Shown one piece after another: positions 15,710-25,347 of a stretch of 56,590 nt of DNA. Each line of letters starts with the position of its first letter. Within the stretch, counting starts at the first letter, position 1. The position numbers and the translations under genes were made by a program. The DNA lies in contig JAYWDP010000395.1 in the NCBI GenBank assembly GCA_043779775.1, forward strand, positions 1 through 56,590, written 5' to 3'. This DNA comes from Cyclobacteriaceae bacterium (lineage in GTDB: Bacteria > Bacteroidota > Bacteroidia > Cytophagales > Cyclobacteriaceae). Below the pieces are notes generated by a model. It saw nothing but the letters and a program-made list of their open reading frames with translations, did not search any database and was not told the origin of the DNA.

Positions 15710-16315
15710 ATGAAAACAATATTCTCATTTCTATTTTGTGTGTTCCTCATTGTCAATGCGAGCGCACAGGATTTTGATAAAAATATGGCCTCTGCCCGCG
15801 CCGCCTATGCCGCCGGCAACCTGAGTGACGCTCGTTTTGCCATGGAACAATTATTGAGCGATCTGGATGCCGCCATCGGCAAGGAGATTTTAAAAATGCT
15901 TCCCGCTCAAATGGGTTCACTAAAATTTGATGTGAAAAGTGATAACGTTACAGGAAGCTCCGCCGGTGTCACCGCCGGATTGTATGTGCAGCGCACCTAC
16001 GGCGCTGATCCTAAAAGAGCCATTCTTGAAATTATCAATAATTCCCCGTTGATGAATTCCCTGGGCGCCATCCTCAACACCCCCATGATGGGCAGTATGA
16101 TGCGCGACGAAAATCAGAAGATGGTGAAAGTACAGGGATATAAATCCTTATTAACCAAACACCTTGACAGCGACACAGGGAAAACCAGTTACGATATTCA
16201 GATTCCTATGAACAACACGCTGGTGACTTTAAAAGTTGATGACACGAGCGAAGCAGAAATCACGGCTTTTGCCAATACGATTCCGTTGCCAAAAATTGCT
16301 CAGATAGCACAGTAA
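15710..16315 (+). CDS. Secreted hypothetical protein, paralog of 14829-15659
   Basis: Signal peptide ending ASA-Q. AYAAGNLSDARFAMEQ...IGKEILKMLP aligns with AFKGGKYGDARYSIQQ...IGNKILKSLP. ATG 15710. Confidence 0.85.
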   Translation: MKTIFSFLFCVFLIVNASAQDFDKNMASARAAYAAGNLSDARFAMEQLLSDLDAAIGKEILKMLPAQMGSLKFDVKSDNVTGSSAGVTAGLYVQRTYGADPKRAILEIINNSPLMNSLGAILNTPMMGSMMRDENQKMVKVQGYKSLLTKHLDSDTGKTSYDIQIPMNNTLVTLKVDDTSEAEITAFANTIPLPKIAQIAQ

Positions 16316-16456
16316 GTTTCGTTTTAATACGGTTGACTATTCATCCGTACAAAATGAATATAAAGGCGATACGTATATTCATCTGCATTGGAAGGATAAA
16401 CGTAATACGTTTGTTCTGAGAGCATTCAATATTTCGGATAACCTGAGATTTCGGAT

Positions 16457-16942
16457 ATGGAAACAATTAGCAAATACAAATGGCCACTCATGGTTGTTTT
16501 GGTCATGTCGTTTTGCGCCCTTTTGTTCTTCAGCCTTTATTTTTGCGATGTTAAAGCACTTACTGATTTTTCAAGAGCGTACACAAAGTATGATCGGGCA
16601 ATTTCCGATTGGTCTGCATCTTTTGCAGGTTCAGCACCTGAAGGAGCACCTGGTACGGACGCCTTGGAGCGGAAGGTGGAATCGGCATTTTTTGAGCTTA
16701 AGGCAGATGCTTCTGAAAGAATATCATCGCTCATAAAGCATGATGAGGAATTTATGAGAATAGAACAGGAGATCGCAGAGTTGTCCGGAAAAGAGCGGGA
16801 GGCTATTTCCGCTTACAAATGGGCCATAATTGGTAAGGAAGCAGATGCTGAATCTTTAACGGAAGAGTTCAGAGATTTGAAAAACAGAAGGACAGCGACG
16901 TACACTCGTTTTCAACAACTTGTTCAATTGACAAGCCTCTGA
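16457..16942 (+). CDS. Hypothetical membrane-anchored helical protein
   Basis: 161-aa ORF with an N-terminal TM segment and a coiled-coil-like body. Confidence 0.6.
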   Translation: METISKYKWPLMVVLVMSFCALLFFSLYFCDVKALTDFSRAYTKYDRAISDWSASFAGSAPEGAPGTDALERKVESAFFELKADASERISSLIKHDEEFMRIEQEIAELSGKEREAISAYKWAIIGKEADAESLTEEFRDLKNRRTATYTRFQQLVQLTSL

Positions 16943-17234
16943 CCAGGATAATTGATCCCTGAATTTACACTTCCTGTTGTCGTTGAAATTGCTCAATCGA
17001 CTACTAGCAGGATACTTAGAGAAAATTAGCAATCGCTTGAGGAATAGCGTTCGTTGAAAGACGGCTTCGTGACAGTGATGGGAAAGGCAAACTATGACTG
17101 TGAAATAATGGATAATTGGGGACGTACAGTGAAGTGAACATAGGCCTTCGCAATACATAACTTATAACAAAAAGGAAATTTACAGCTAACTATTATGTAA
17201 ATTGAAGATTAGAATTCATCAATCATATTCGGTT

Positions 17235-18572
17235 ATGAAGAATTTGTTGGTTGCGCTATCGCTTTGTTCATTTTATTTTTTCATTGACCACAATGCTCTT
17301 GCGCAAACCGCACCCCCGAAGAGAATTGCGTTGATCATTGGCGTAAAGTCTTATCAGTTCGTACAGCCACTACAGAATTCATTAAATGATGCCCACGATA
17401 TAGCTGCCACCCTCAAAAAGAAAGGATTTCAGATTATTGAATTATATGATCCAAGAACCAAGCGTGAGATGCAGGACGCCATTCGAAAATATTTTACGTT
17501 GCTTCAGAGTCGGACGAATATAGCCGGGCTTGTTTTCTATTCAGGGCATGGCATGCAAGTTGATGGATCCAATTACCTTATACCTACCCAAGCCGATCCA
17601 CAGATAAAGGCCGACCTTGATGACCAGTGTTTGAACATGGACTACATAATGCAGGCCATCGAGCAAGCTGGTAATGCGCTGAACATTTTTGTTCTCGATG
17701 CCTGCCGCAACAACCCTTTCCGCGGCTTCAGCCGCTCAGCCGAAAAGGGTCTTAGCATGGTAAATACTCCCAAAGGTTCCTATATAGTTTATGCCACCAA
17801 GCCCGGCTCAGTAGCTTCTGATGGCGCAGAAAGAAATGGTTTATTCACTTCCAAGCTTCTGAAATACATCAATGTCGAAGGCTTGAATATTGAACAAGTG
17901 TTCAAGCGTGTGGCATCGGATGTTGCCGTTCAATCCAATGATGCACAACGTCCTTGGATAGCTTCTGATTATACTGGCGATTTCTTTTTTACGCCGGGTA
18001 AAGGGGATACCCTGGATTACAATATGGGCCAATTCGTGCTTCAACCTCTGGTGCAAAATGGTGCAGACAATTCGCATGATGGGGGTGGAACATCAAAATC
18101 AGCTATAAACTTGCAAGATAAGATTGTGACACACCGGGGGGATACGATTTTTTGCAAAGTCATAGAACTTACAAACCAAACAATCAAGTATAAGTTAGAC
18201 AGGGAAGACTTATTGAATAGTATTTCAGAAAATGTAGTAAAAGAAATCAAGTTTTCGAATGGCAGAATCCAGAAGGTGAGCGAAAAAATAGTCGTTGGAG
18301 GAGTTGAAGATTGGGAAATGGTTCAAATTACCACCAATAAATCGGACGTTGATGGACTCGTTAGAAAAAAAGAGTTAGTGGCTAAAGCAACTGCTACATA
18401 TTTTACGACCAGTCTAGGTAAAATGGAGAAGAAAGCGATGGACAAATTAAGAAAAGAAGCAGCTGCTATGGGCTGTCACATTGTTCTCATTGTAAGTTCA
18501 GTTAGTAGGGATGGTGGGTATGCCAAGGGTAACGCTAAATCAAACTTAACAGGAGTTCCTTATAGTTATTAA
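17235..18572 (+). CDS. Secreted caspase-family (peptidase C14) protein with an extra C-terminal domain
   Basis: Signal peptide; RIALIIG, FYSGHG (His), LDACR (Cys), NGLFT and QRPW; about 150-aa C-terminal domain. Confidence 0.9.
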   Translation: MKNLLVALSLCSFYFFIDHNALAQTAPPKRIALIIGVKSYQFVQPLQNSLNDAHDIAATLKKKGFQIIELYDPRTKREMQDAIRKYFTLLQSRTNIAGLVFYSGHGMQVDGSNYLIPTQADPQIKADLDDQCLNMDYIMQAIEQAGNALNIFVLDACRNNPFRGFSRSAEKGLSMVNTPKGSYIVYATKPGSVASDGAERNGLFTSKLLKYINVEGLNIEQVFKRVASDVAVQSNDAQRPWIASDYTGDFFFTPGKGDTLDYNMGQFVLQPLVQNGADNSHDGGGTSKSAINLQDKIVTHRGDTIFCKVIELTNQTIKYKLDREDLLNSISENVVKEIKFSNGRIQKVSEKIVVGGVEDWEMVQITTNKSDVDGLVRKKELVAKATATYFTTSLGKMEKKAMDKLRKEAAAMGCHIVLIVSSVSRDGGYAKGNAKSNLTGVPYSY

Positions 18573-18752
18573 CCTGACAAAAGAGCGATATAGGAGGAGA
18601 AGATGCTGAAAGCGATAAGTATTAGAAAAACTAATTGAAGCAATTGTTATAGTTTTTGAATCAAAAGTGATATTGTTTATAGTGAAAACACCTCAAGTTT
18701 GTATCAAGAATTTCTGATTGAAGTTCCAAAACAATGCTTAAAATTGTTCAAA

Positions 18753-19214
18753 ATGAAAGTTTCAATTAAAAAGATCATCTTCCTTATTCCAGGCCTGTTT
18801 CTGACAATTGCATTGTCAGCACAAAATACGGAGGTTAACAAAACTGAGTTATCGTTGGTAAAAACAGCAGAGGATGCCGACTTACAATGGGGTCCTTGTC
18901 CTCCATTTATGCCAAATGGCTGTTCTATAGCCATTTTACACGGTGATCCCAGTAAAAAAAATTTAGATGTTTTTTTTAAAGTTGCAGCAAATTCAGACAT
19001 CCCCAATCATTGGCACAATTCGGCAGAACGTATGATACTTATCTCTGGTAAGCTCAAGGTGACTTATAAAGGAGAAAAGCCACAAACTTTAAAAGTAGGA
19101 TCTTATGCCTATGGGCCTTCTAAAAAACCTCATACGGCTAAATGTGGTGATGCTGGACCTTGTATACTTTTTATTGCCTTTGAAGAACCTTTGGATGCGT
19201 TTCCAAAAGATTAA
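18753..19214 (+). CDS. Secreted cupin-domain protein
   Basis: Signal peptide; IPNHWHNSAE and YGPSKKPH cupin metal motifs. Confidence 0.85.
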   Translation: MKVSIKKIIFLIPGLFLTIALSAQNTEVNKTELSLVKTAEDADLQWGPCPPFMPNGCSIAILHGDPSKKNLDVFFKVAANSDIPNHWHNSAERMILISGKLKVTYKGEKPQTLKVGSYAYGPSKKPHTAKCGDAGPCILFIAFEEPLDAFPKD

Positions 19215-19219
19215 TCGTT

Positions 19220-19402
19220 ACCAGAAAAGTATATAATGGAATGATCAATAAACATCCAGGGATGATTGCAATGTGTGTTGATGTTGCGGATGTTATTGAT
19301 TTATCGGGAATTAAATTTATTCATGTTGATACTCTTGAAATGATCCGGCAATTGCATGAGAAATTAAATATACCAACGGACGTTCTGATTCAAGCATACT
19401 GA
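19220..19402 (+). pseudogene. Chimeric remnant: FAD-binding oxidoreductase fragments fused to a HigA-like antitoxin C-terminus
   Basis: One frame reads TRKVYNGMINKHPGMIAMCVDVADVI|DLSGIKFIHVD|TLEMIRQLHEKLNIPTDVLIQAY*. Confidence 0.6.
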
Positions 19403-19427
19403 AACGGCACGTATCGCCAATCGAGTA

Positions 19428-19541
19428 ATGATTTTAGGAATACTGATGATTGCCGTTGCACTGCCAATGGCTTGGTTTGTTCAGGAAAAACCAGAAGATA
19501 AGCTGACAAAAAATAAACCAGAAGGACCTCAGGTATCCTGA
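19428..19541 (+). pseudogene. Membrane transporter (MFS-like) fragment
   Basis: MILGILMIAVALPMAWFVQEKPED... resembles an MFS TM6 helix plus central loop. Confidence 0.35.
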
Positions 19542-19610
19542 AGAAGACAACAACGAAGGCAAGTGTTTGTAATTTCTGATCAGCCGCATTAAAAGCTGCC
19601 TATGAAAAGG

Positions 19611-20024
19611 TCACTGGTCCTTGTCTGAATGAAACATCCACCGGATACCAAATTGATCGTTCAAGGCTCCGTACCATCCAAAAGATTGCTCACTGAAAGG
19701 ATCAGTGACCTGGGCGCCCACGGAGAGTTTTTCAAAGAGAACCTTTATTTCCTCGAAAGTCCCTCCACTGATGTAAAGGCAAACCATGTTGCCCTGGACA
19801 GGAGTATCTAAAGGCCTCAGCCAATCAGAGGCTGAGATGGAGATATTTCCACTGATAAGCCTGGCGTTAACAACTTTGTCATGCATATTTTCAGGGAAGA
19901 AACTCTTCATCGGCGAATTGCCGACCGTCGTCATCGTGAGCTCGCCTCCAAAGCATGACTTGTAAAATTCCATGGCGGATTTACATTTTCCATCCAGTAA
20001 GAGGTAGGTGGTAAGTGTTGTCAT
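19611..20024 (-). CDS. VOC/PhnB-family (glyoxalase-like) protein
   Basis: TYLLLDGKCKSAMEFYKSCFGG and YGALNDQFGIRWM. TAAATTTG box at 20068-20075 on the minus strand. Confidence 0.9.
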   Translation of the reverse strand: MTTLTTYLLLDGKCKSAMEFYKSCFGGELTMTTVGNSPMKSFFPENMHDKVVNARLISGNISISASDWLRPLDTPVQGNMVCLYISGGTFEEIKVLFEKLSVGAQVTDPFSEQSFGWYGALNDQFGIRWMFHSDKDQ

Positions 20025-20159
20025 AGGTTCGTTTTTTTTATTCCAATTCCACTTGACTCAGTCAATCCAAATTTATGAAAAAACTAACATTGCGTCATCC
20101 ATGCTGAAATTGGTTATCATATATTTGATGGAAACAGCCTGACAACGTCTATCAATATT

Positions 20160-21371
20160 ATGAAAACACTATTGCTCCTGATGTACGGTCTGCTGCTGAT
20201 AGATCCATCAGCCATTGGACAAAATGGGGGTAAATCCTTTCCGACCCAGGAGCGCGTAAAAGCCCTCATGGATAAGGCCATGAAAAAAAGCGATTTGCCC
20301 GCCGTGGTCGCAATCGCCATTAACAACAAGAACGAACGGCTTACATATACTTACGGAAATGCAATCTGGAGTGAAAATTTGAAAGTAACGCCTCAACATA
20401 TTTTTCGAATCGCGTCGATGACAAAATTGGTGACCAGCGTGGCTGCCATGCAGTTGGTTGAACAAGGACTTATTAAACTGGATGCTGATCTTTCTTTATT
20501 ACTACCTGAGATGGCTAAAATACCCATCCTGACCAATGGGCAATTGAATTCACCAAAAAATCCCATCACACTTCGGCACCTGCTGACTCATACATCCGGT
20601 TTTGGTTATGCTTCTACAGATATTGAGCTCGCCAACTTTGACCAAAGCAAATGGGATCATAAAGATTCACCCAAGCGCTTTGAGAGCGGAATACAATTCT
20701 TGTATGGTTCCAGTACCTATTGGGTGGGTAAGCTGGTTGAAAAGATTTCAGGCATGGGCCTGGAAATGTATTTCAGAACTCATATAACCGGACCGCTGGG
20801 AATGAACCGGACCTGGTTTAATGTTCCCGACTCACTTAAACAGTTTATTGTTTCAAGGGGTGCGCGAGGGGTCGATGGGAAGCAACGCCTTACGGAATCG
20901 TCCAATCGTATTCCAAAAAATGCGGTAACCGATTACCGGGGAGATGGTGGTCTTTTTTCTTCACCGGATGACTACACGCTATTGCTGCAATGCCTGCTCA
21001 ACTATGGAACATTGAAGAATACCATTATTATTAAGAAAGAGACAATCCAGGAAATGACCAAAAATCAAATTGGTGATATCTCCATGAAATTGGCTGGGGC
21101 CTTTTTTGATCCGGGTTTTTGTTGTGATATGAGGGGAATAACTTCTGCCGATTCAAAGTGGGGCTTAGCATGGTTAATCGATACCGATGATCGGAATTAT
21201 GGCCGCAAGGCAGGCACTGTTTTGTGGGGAGGATTGTACAATACATTTTTCTATATTGACTATGAGTCAGGTGTTGCTGCCAGTATCTATACTCAACATC
21301 TTCCATTCAACCATCCTGCGACCACTTCATTATTCAATACTTTTTCGGAGATACTTTATTCAGGCAAGTGA
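20160..21371 (+). CDS. Serine hydrolase, beta-lactamase class C/esterase family
   Basis: Signal peptide; RIASMTK (SxxK), LLTHTSG, FLYG and WGG. Confidence 0.9.
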   Translation: MKTLLLLMYGLLLIDPSAIGQNGGKSFPTQERVKALMDKAMKKSDLPAVVAIAINNKNERLTYTYGNAIWSENLKVTPQHIFRIASMTKLVTSVAAMQLVEQGLIKLDADLSLLLPEMAKIPILTNGQLNSPKNPITLRHLLTHTSGFGYASTDIELANFDQSKWDHKDSPKRFESGIQFLYGSSTYWVGKLVEKISGMGLEMYFRTHITGPLGMNRTWFNVPDSLKQFIVSRGARGVDGKQRLTESSNRIPKNAVTDYRGDGGLFSSPDDYTLLLQCLLNYGTLKNTIIIKKETIQEMTKNQIGDISMKLAGAFFDPGFCCDMRGITSADSKWGLAWLIDTDDRNYGRKAGTVLWGGLYNTFFYIDYESGVAASIYTQHLPFNHPATTSLFNTFSEILYSGK

Positions 21372-21449
21372 TCTCTATTATCGGCGTTTCAAATTTCAGA
21401 TATTTGTACCTGGGATAGTCTCAATTTTTATCGCTGAATGTTGTCTTCA

Positions 21450-21480
21450 ACTTTGGACTTTAAACCTTGAACTTTGGACT
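21450..21480. repeat. Heptamer tandem repeat (ACTTTGG)n
   Basis: actttgg actttaa accttga actttgg act. Confidence 0.65.
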
Positions 21481-21503
21481 ACACTTTTGTATTGGTTGTT
21501 TAA

Positions 21504-22751
21504 TTAATCACCACTCAACGCATACACCACCAGCCCACTCCTTAACTTCGGTTCAAACCAGGTCGTTTTAGGAGGCATGATCTTTCCGCTATCTGCTATG
21601 TCGATCAGTTGCTTCATAGAGACGGGATATAGTGCAAAGGCCACTTTCATCTCACCGCTGTTTACACGCCGCTCCAGTTCTTTCAACCCGCGCATGCCGC
21701 CAACGAAATCAATGCGTTGGTCGGTGCGCAGGTCCTGGATGTCGAGCAAGGGTTTTAATATTTGCTCCGATAGGATGGTCACGTCCAGCACCCCGATAGG
21801 GTCAAGGTCTTTGTAACTATCCGCTTTGGCCTGCAGCGCATACCAATGGCCTTCCAGGTACATGCTGAACTCATGAAGCCGCGAAGGTTTGTAGATTTCT
21901 TTTCCTTTTTTTCCCACCTGGAAAGAAGTTTTTAGCTTTTGGATAAATGCTCCCGGCGTATGCCCGTTGAGGTCTTTCACCACACGGTTGTAGTCCAGGA
22001 TCGTCAACTGATTATCGGGGAAGTGAACAGCCAAAAAATAATTATAGGCCTCCTTTCCAGTATGATGGTGGTTTTCCTTTCTGAGATCGCTGCCCACCAA
22101 TGCTGCTGCGGCTGTTCGGTGGTGCCCGTCGGCGACATAAGTTGCTGGCATTTTTTCAAAGGCTAAGAGGATGGTATAAATTTGCTCAGGCTGGTTCACC
22201 ACCCAGAAACGATGGGTGATGTTGTCGTCGGTAACAAATGAATAGGCAGGTTCGCTTTTCTTTATTCCCTCCACTATTTTGTCAAGGTCCTTGTCAGCTG
22301 GATAGGCAAAGAACACCGGTTCGGCATTCATCATCGAAACGCGAACATGGTTTTTCCTGTCCATCTCCTTGTCCGGGCGCGTAAGTTCGTGCTTCCTGAT
22401 ATGGCCATCCCAATAGTCTTCCACCGACGCGCAGGCAACGATGCCACTTTGTGACCGTCCATCCATGATGAGTTCATAGATATAAAGACTGTCTTGTTGG
22501 TCCTGGAGGAATACACCTTCTGTGACCAGTTTCATAAAATTATTTTTGCCGGCGGCATATACTTCAGGACTATAGTGATCGGTTTCCGGCGAAAGGGTGA
22601 TCTCCGGCTTGACAACGTTCAGAAAAGAATATGGATTGCCTTTCGCTTCTTCCCGAGCTTCTTCAGAGTTAAGAACGTCATAGGGACGAGAGGCGACGGC
22701 TTTCACTTTGTCTTTTACGGGGCGGAAGCCTTTGAATGGTTTGATTTTCAT
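21504..22751 (-). CDS. DUF1015 family protein
   Basis: MKIKPFKGFRP, SRPYDV, IRKHELTR, YVADGHHR and MPPKTTWFEPKLRSGL. Confidence 0.93.
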   Translation of the reverse strand: MKIKPFKGFRPVKDKVKAVASRPYDVLNSEEAREEAKGNPYSFLNVVKPEITLSPETDHYSPEVYAAGKNNFMKLVTEGVFLQDQQDSLYIYELIMDGRSQSGIVACASVEDYWDGHIRKHELTRPDKEMDRKNHVRVSMMNAEPVFFAYPADKDLDKIVEGIKKSEPAYSFVTDDNITHRFWVVNQPEQIYTILLAFEKMPATYVADGHHRTAAAALVGSDLRKENHHHTGKEAYNYFLAVHFPDNQLTILDYNRVVKDLNGHTPGAFIQKLKTSFQVGKKGKEIYKPSRLHEFSMYLEGHWYALQAKADSYKDLDPIGVLDVTILSEQILKPLLDIQDLRTDQRIDFVGGMRGLKELERRVNSGEMKVAFALYPVSMKQLIDIADSGKIMPPKTTWFEPKLRSGLVVYALSGD

Positions 22752-22859
22752 AGTGGCGGATTAGATCAGCATGCGGACGGCTTTTCTGATTTCATAGATT
22801 CCAATGCAAATTCTTTTGTAAAACATATTGGCTAACTGTGACAATTGTTTTTCAATATT

Positions 22860-23022
22860 AAGATGCAGACCTTTTACCGCCAAGAGCGCTAAAGGATAAG
22901 ACGCTGAGGAAGCAAAGATTAATGCCTTTGACTTTCTTTGCGCCCCTTGTGTATTTTCTCCTTGAGGGCTTTGCCTGCCTTCGCCGAAGCGGTTACGCGC
23001 AGGCAGGCGGTTAAGTGCATTT
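22860..23022. repeat. REP doublet with a nested CCTGC...GCAGG palindromic insert
   Basis: ttttaccgccaagagcgctaaag ... ctttg[cctgccttcgccgaagcggttacgcgcaggcagg]cggttaa. Confidence 0.65.
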
Positions 23023-23076
23023 TTGACTCCAGTTCAATACGTAAATTTTTGTTAGATGGAATTATATTTACGTCTC

Positions 23077-24261
23077 TCACCGAATGGCAGGCAACACCCT
23101 TGCCAGTATGATTCCTTCAATCAATCTGATCTTCGCCACCTGAGTTTCGTCGATGTTCCCGTCGATGTCAATAATGTTGTACGCCAGCTCGTCCCGGTGT
23201 TTGTTCAGCATGTCGGCGATGTTGATGTTCTGTTCTGCCAGGACCGCGGCAATTTTACCCACCATGGCCGGTACGTTTTTATTCGCGATGATGATACGGG
23301 CTGAATTGTTCCGGGGCACGTCGGCAGCGGGGAAGTTGACGGAGTTTTTGATATTCCCGTTTTCGAGGAAATCTTTTAATTGGTCCACGGCCATTAGGGC
23401 ACAATTAGTTTCGGACTCAGGAGTGGAAGCCCCCAGGTGCGGCACCAAAATGATCTTTTCGTGATCCAGCAAATCTTCTTCAGGAAAGTCGGTGACCAGG
23501 CATGCCACCTTTCCATTATTCAATGCATTGAGTACATCGGCTTTGTTGATGAGTCCTTCACGGGCAAAATTCAGAATCTTGACACCATCCTTCATCACGG
23601 ACAACTTCGACTTATCGATAAATCCCCTGGTGCTGTCCATCAGCGGAACGTGCAGGGTGATGTAATCCGACTCAGCCAGTAATGCTTCAAGGCTCCTGGC
23701 TTTCTCTACGTGCTTGGACAATTGCCAGGCGGCATCGATGGAAATATATGGATCATATCCGATCACACGCATGCCCAGGCTTTCTGCTGCGTTGGCCACG
23801 AGCATTCCAATCGCACCCAAGCCGATGACGCCCAATGCTTTCCCTAAAACCTCGGGGCCCACAAAGTTTGCCTTCCCCTTTTCCACCAACTTCGGTATTT
23901 CTGACCCCTTTCCCTTCAATGACTGCGACCAGGCAATCCCCTGGAATATTTTCCGGGAAGCCAAAAAGAGGCTGGCCAGGACCAATTCTTTTACCGCGTT
24001 GGCATTGGCGCCAGGCGTGTTGAAGACTACGATGCCGAGGGCAGTACATTTTTCAACAGGAATGTTGTTGACCCCCGCTCCCGCCCGGGCAATGGCTTTC
24101 ACACTTGGAGCAAAAAGATGATCGTGCAAGGAATAACTTCGCAACAACAAAGCATCCGGGGTTTTGAACTCGGAGGCCACTTCGTAGCTGTCCATTGGAA
24201 ATCGTTTTAGCCCTTCCGATGCGATCTTGTCGAAAGTCTGGATCTTGTATTTGGCGCTCAT
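23077..24261 (-). CDS. serA: D-3-phosphoglycerate dehydrogenase (with C-terminal ACT domain)
   Basis: ARAGAGVNNIP, NTPGANANAVKE, GLGAIG, NFAR and PHLGAST; directly downstream of serC. Confidence 0.92.
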   Translation of the reverse strand: MSAKYKIQTFDKIASEGLKRFPMDSYEVASEFKTPDALLLRSYSLHDHLFAPSVKAIARAGAGVNNIPVEKCTALGIVVFNTPGANANAVKELVLASLFLASRKIFQGIAWSQSLKGKGSEIPKLVEKGKANFVGPEVLGKALGVIGLGAIGMLVANAAESLGMRVIGYDPYISIDAAWQLSKHVEKARSLEALLAESDYITLHVPLMDSTRGFIDKSKLSVMKDGVKILNFAREGLINKADVLNALNNGKVACLVTDFPEEDLLDHEKIILVPHLGASTPESETNCALMAVDQLKDFLENGNIKNSVNFPAADVPRNNSARIIIANKNVPAMVGKIAAVLAEQNINIADMLNKHRDELAYNIIDIDGNIDETQVAKIRLIEGIILARVLPAIR

Positions 24262-24264
24262 TCG

Positions 24265-25347
24265 TCAGCTATTTGCTTTTTCAAATTCCTTCATGAAGGC
24301 CACCAGCGTTTCAACGCCAGCACGCGGCATGGCATTGTAAAGACTAGCACGCATACCACCCACCGACCGATGTCCCTTGAGGGTTTTTAATCCACTCTTG
24401 CTTGCTTCCGAAATAAACTTATTGTCGAGCGCTTCATTGCCTGTAACAAACGGTACGTTCATCAGTGACCTTGACTTCGGCTCAACTGTACCTTTAAATA
24501 ATCTTGACTGGTCGAGAAAGTCATAGAGAACGGCGGCCTTTTCCCTGTTTTCTTTCTCCATCACTCTCACTCCTCCTTTTTCCAGCAACCATTCGAAAAC
24601 AAGTCCCATGATATAAATGGCATAACAAGGGGGCGTATTGTACATGGAGCCTTCGTCAGCATAGATTTTGTAATCCATCATTGTGGGGGTAATGTCCAGC
24701 GCATGACCGAGGAGATCTTCGCGGACAATGGCAATGGTAACTCCCGCCGGCCCGGCATTTTTTTGAGCGCCTGCATAGATGAGTCCAAATCTGGTGACAT
24801 CATACTCCTGGGAAAGAATGTTGGAGGACATGTCGGCTACCAGAGGAATTTTCCCGGTATCCGGCAGCACCGGGTAGGTAGTTCCGTAAATGGTGTTGTT
24901 GGTGGTAATATGGACATAGTCTGCATCCGCGGAGAAAATTCCTGGTGTGAGGGCGGGTATGTAGTTAAAATTTTTATCCTCCGACGATGCCACGACCTTT
25001 ACGGTGCCATATCGTTTTGCTTCCGATATTGCTTTCTTGGCCCAAGCCCCGGTTGACACATAATCGGCCTTCCTGGCAGCAGAGAACAAATTCAGCGGCA
25101 CCATGGCAAACTGCATGGAGGCGCCGCCCTGCAAAAAGAGTACTTTGTAGTTTACCGGGATGTTCATCAATTGGCGGAGGTTCTTTTCCGCACCCCCAAT
25201 GATTGCCTCATATTCCTTGGAACGGTGACTCATTTCCATGACCGACATTCCGGCTCCCCGATAATCGACCAGTTCCTCCTGTGCTTTCTTCAATACTTCA
25301 AGTGGTAATACACCGGGTCCTGCGGAAAAATTGATGGCTCTACTCAT
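24265..25347 (-). CDS. serC: Phosphoserine aminotransferase
   Basis: NFSAGP, EMSHRS, LQGGAS, GAQKN (PLP Lys) and [15 protein letters not shown]. Confidence 0.98.
   Translation of the reverse strand: MSRAINFSAGPGVLPLEVLKKAQEELVDYRGAGMSVMEMSHRSKEYEAIIGGAEKNLRQLMNIPVNYKVLFLQGGASMQFAMVPLNLFSAARKADYVSTGAWAKKAISEAKRYGTVKVVASSEDKNFNYIPALTPGIFSADADYVHITTNNTIYGTTYPVLPDTGKIPLVADMSSNILSQEYDVTRFGLIYAGAQKNAGPAGVTIAIVREDLLGHALDITPTMMDYKIYADEGSMYNTPPCYAIYIMGLVFEWLLEKGGVRVMEKENREKAAVLYDFLDQSRLFKGTVEPKSRSLMNVPFVTGNEALDNKFISEASKSGLKTLKGHRSVGGMRASLYNAMPRAGVETLVAFMKEFEKANS

Noticed and set aside
16316-16456. Stop-free protein-like frame (NTVDYSSVQNEYKGDTYIHLHW...)
   Set aside because: No start codon and no recognisable family; it may be another remnant but this cannot be supported.
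20160-21371. Bona fide antibiotic-resistance beta-lactamase
   Set aside because: It has SxxK but WGG and LLTHTSG esterase-type motifs rather than the AmpC KTG motif; substrate unknown.
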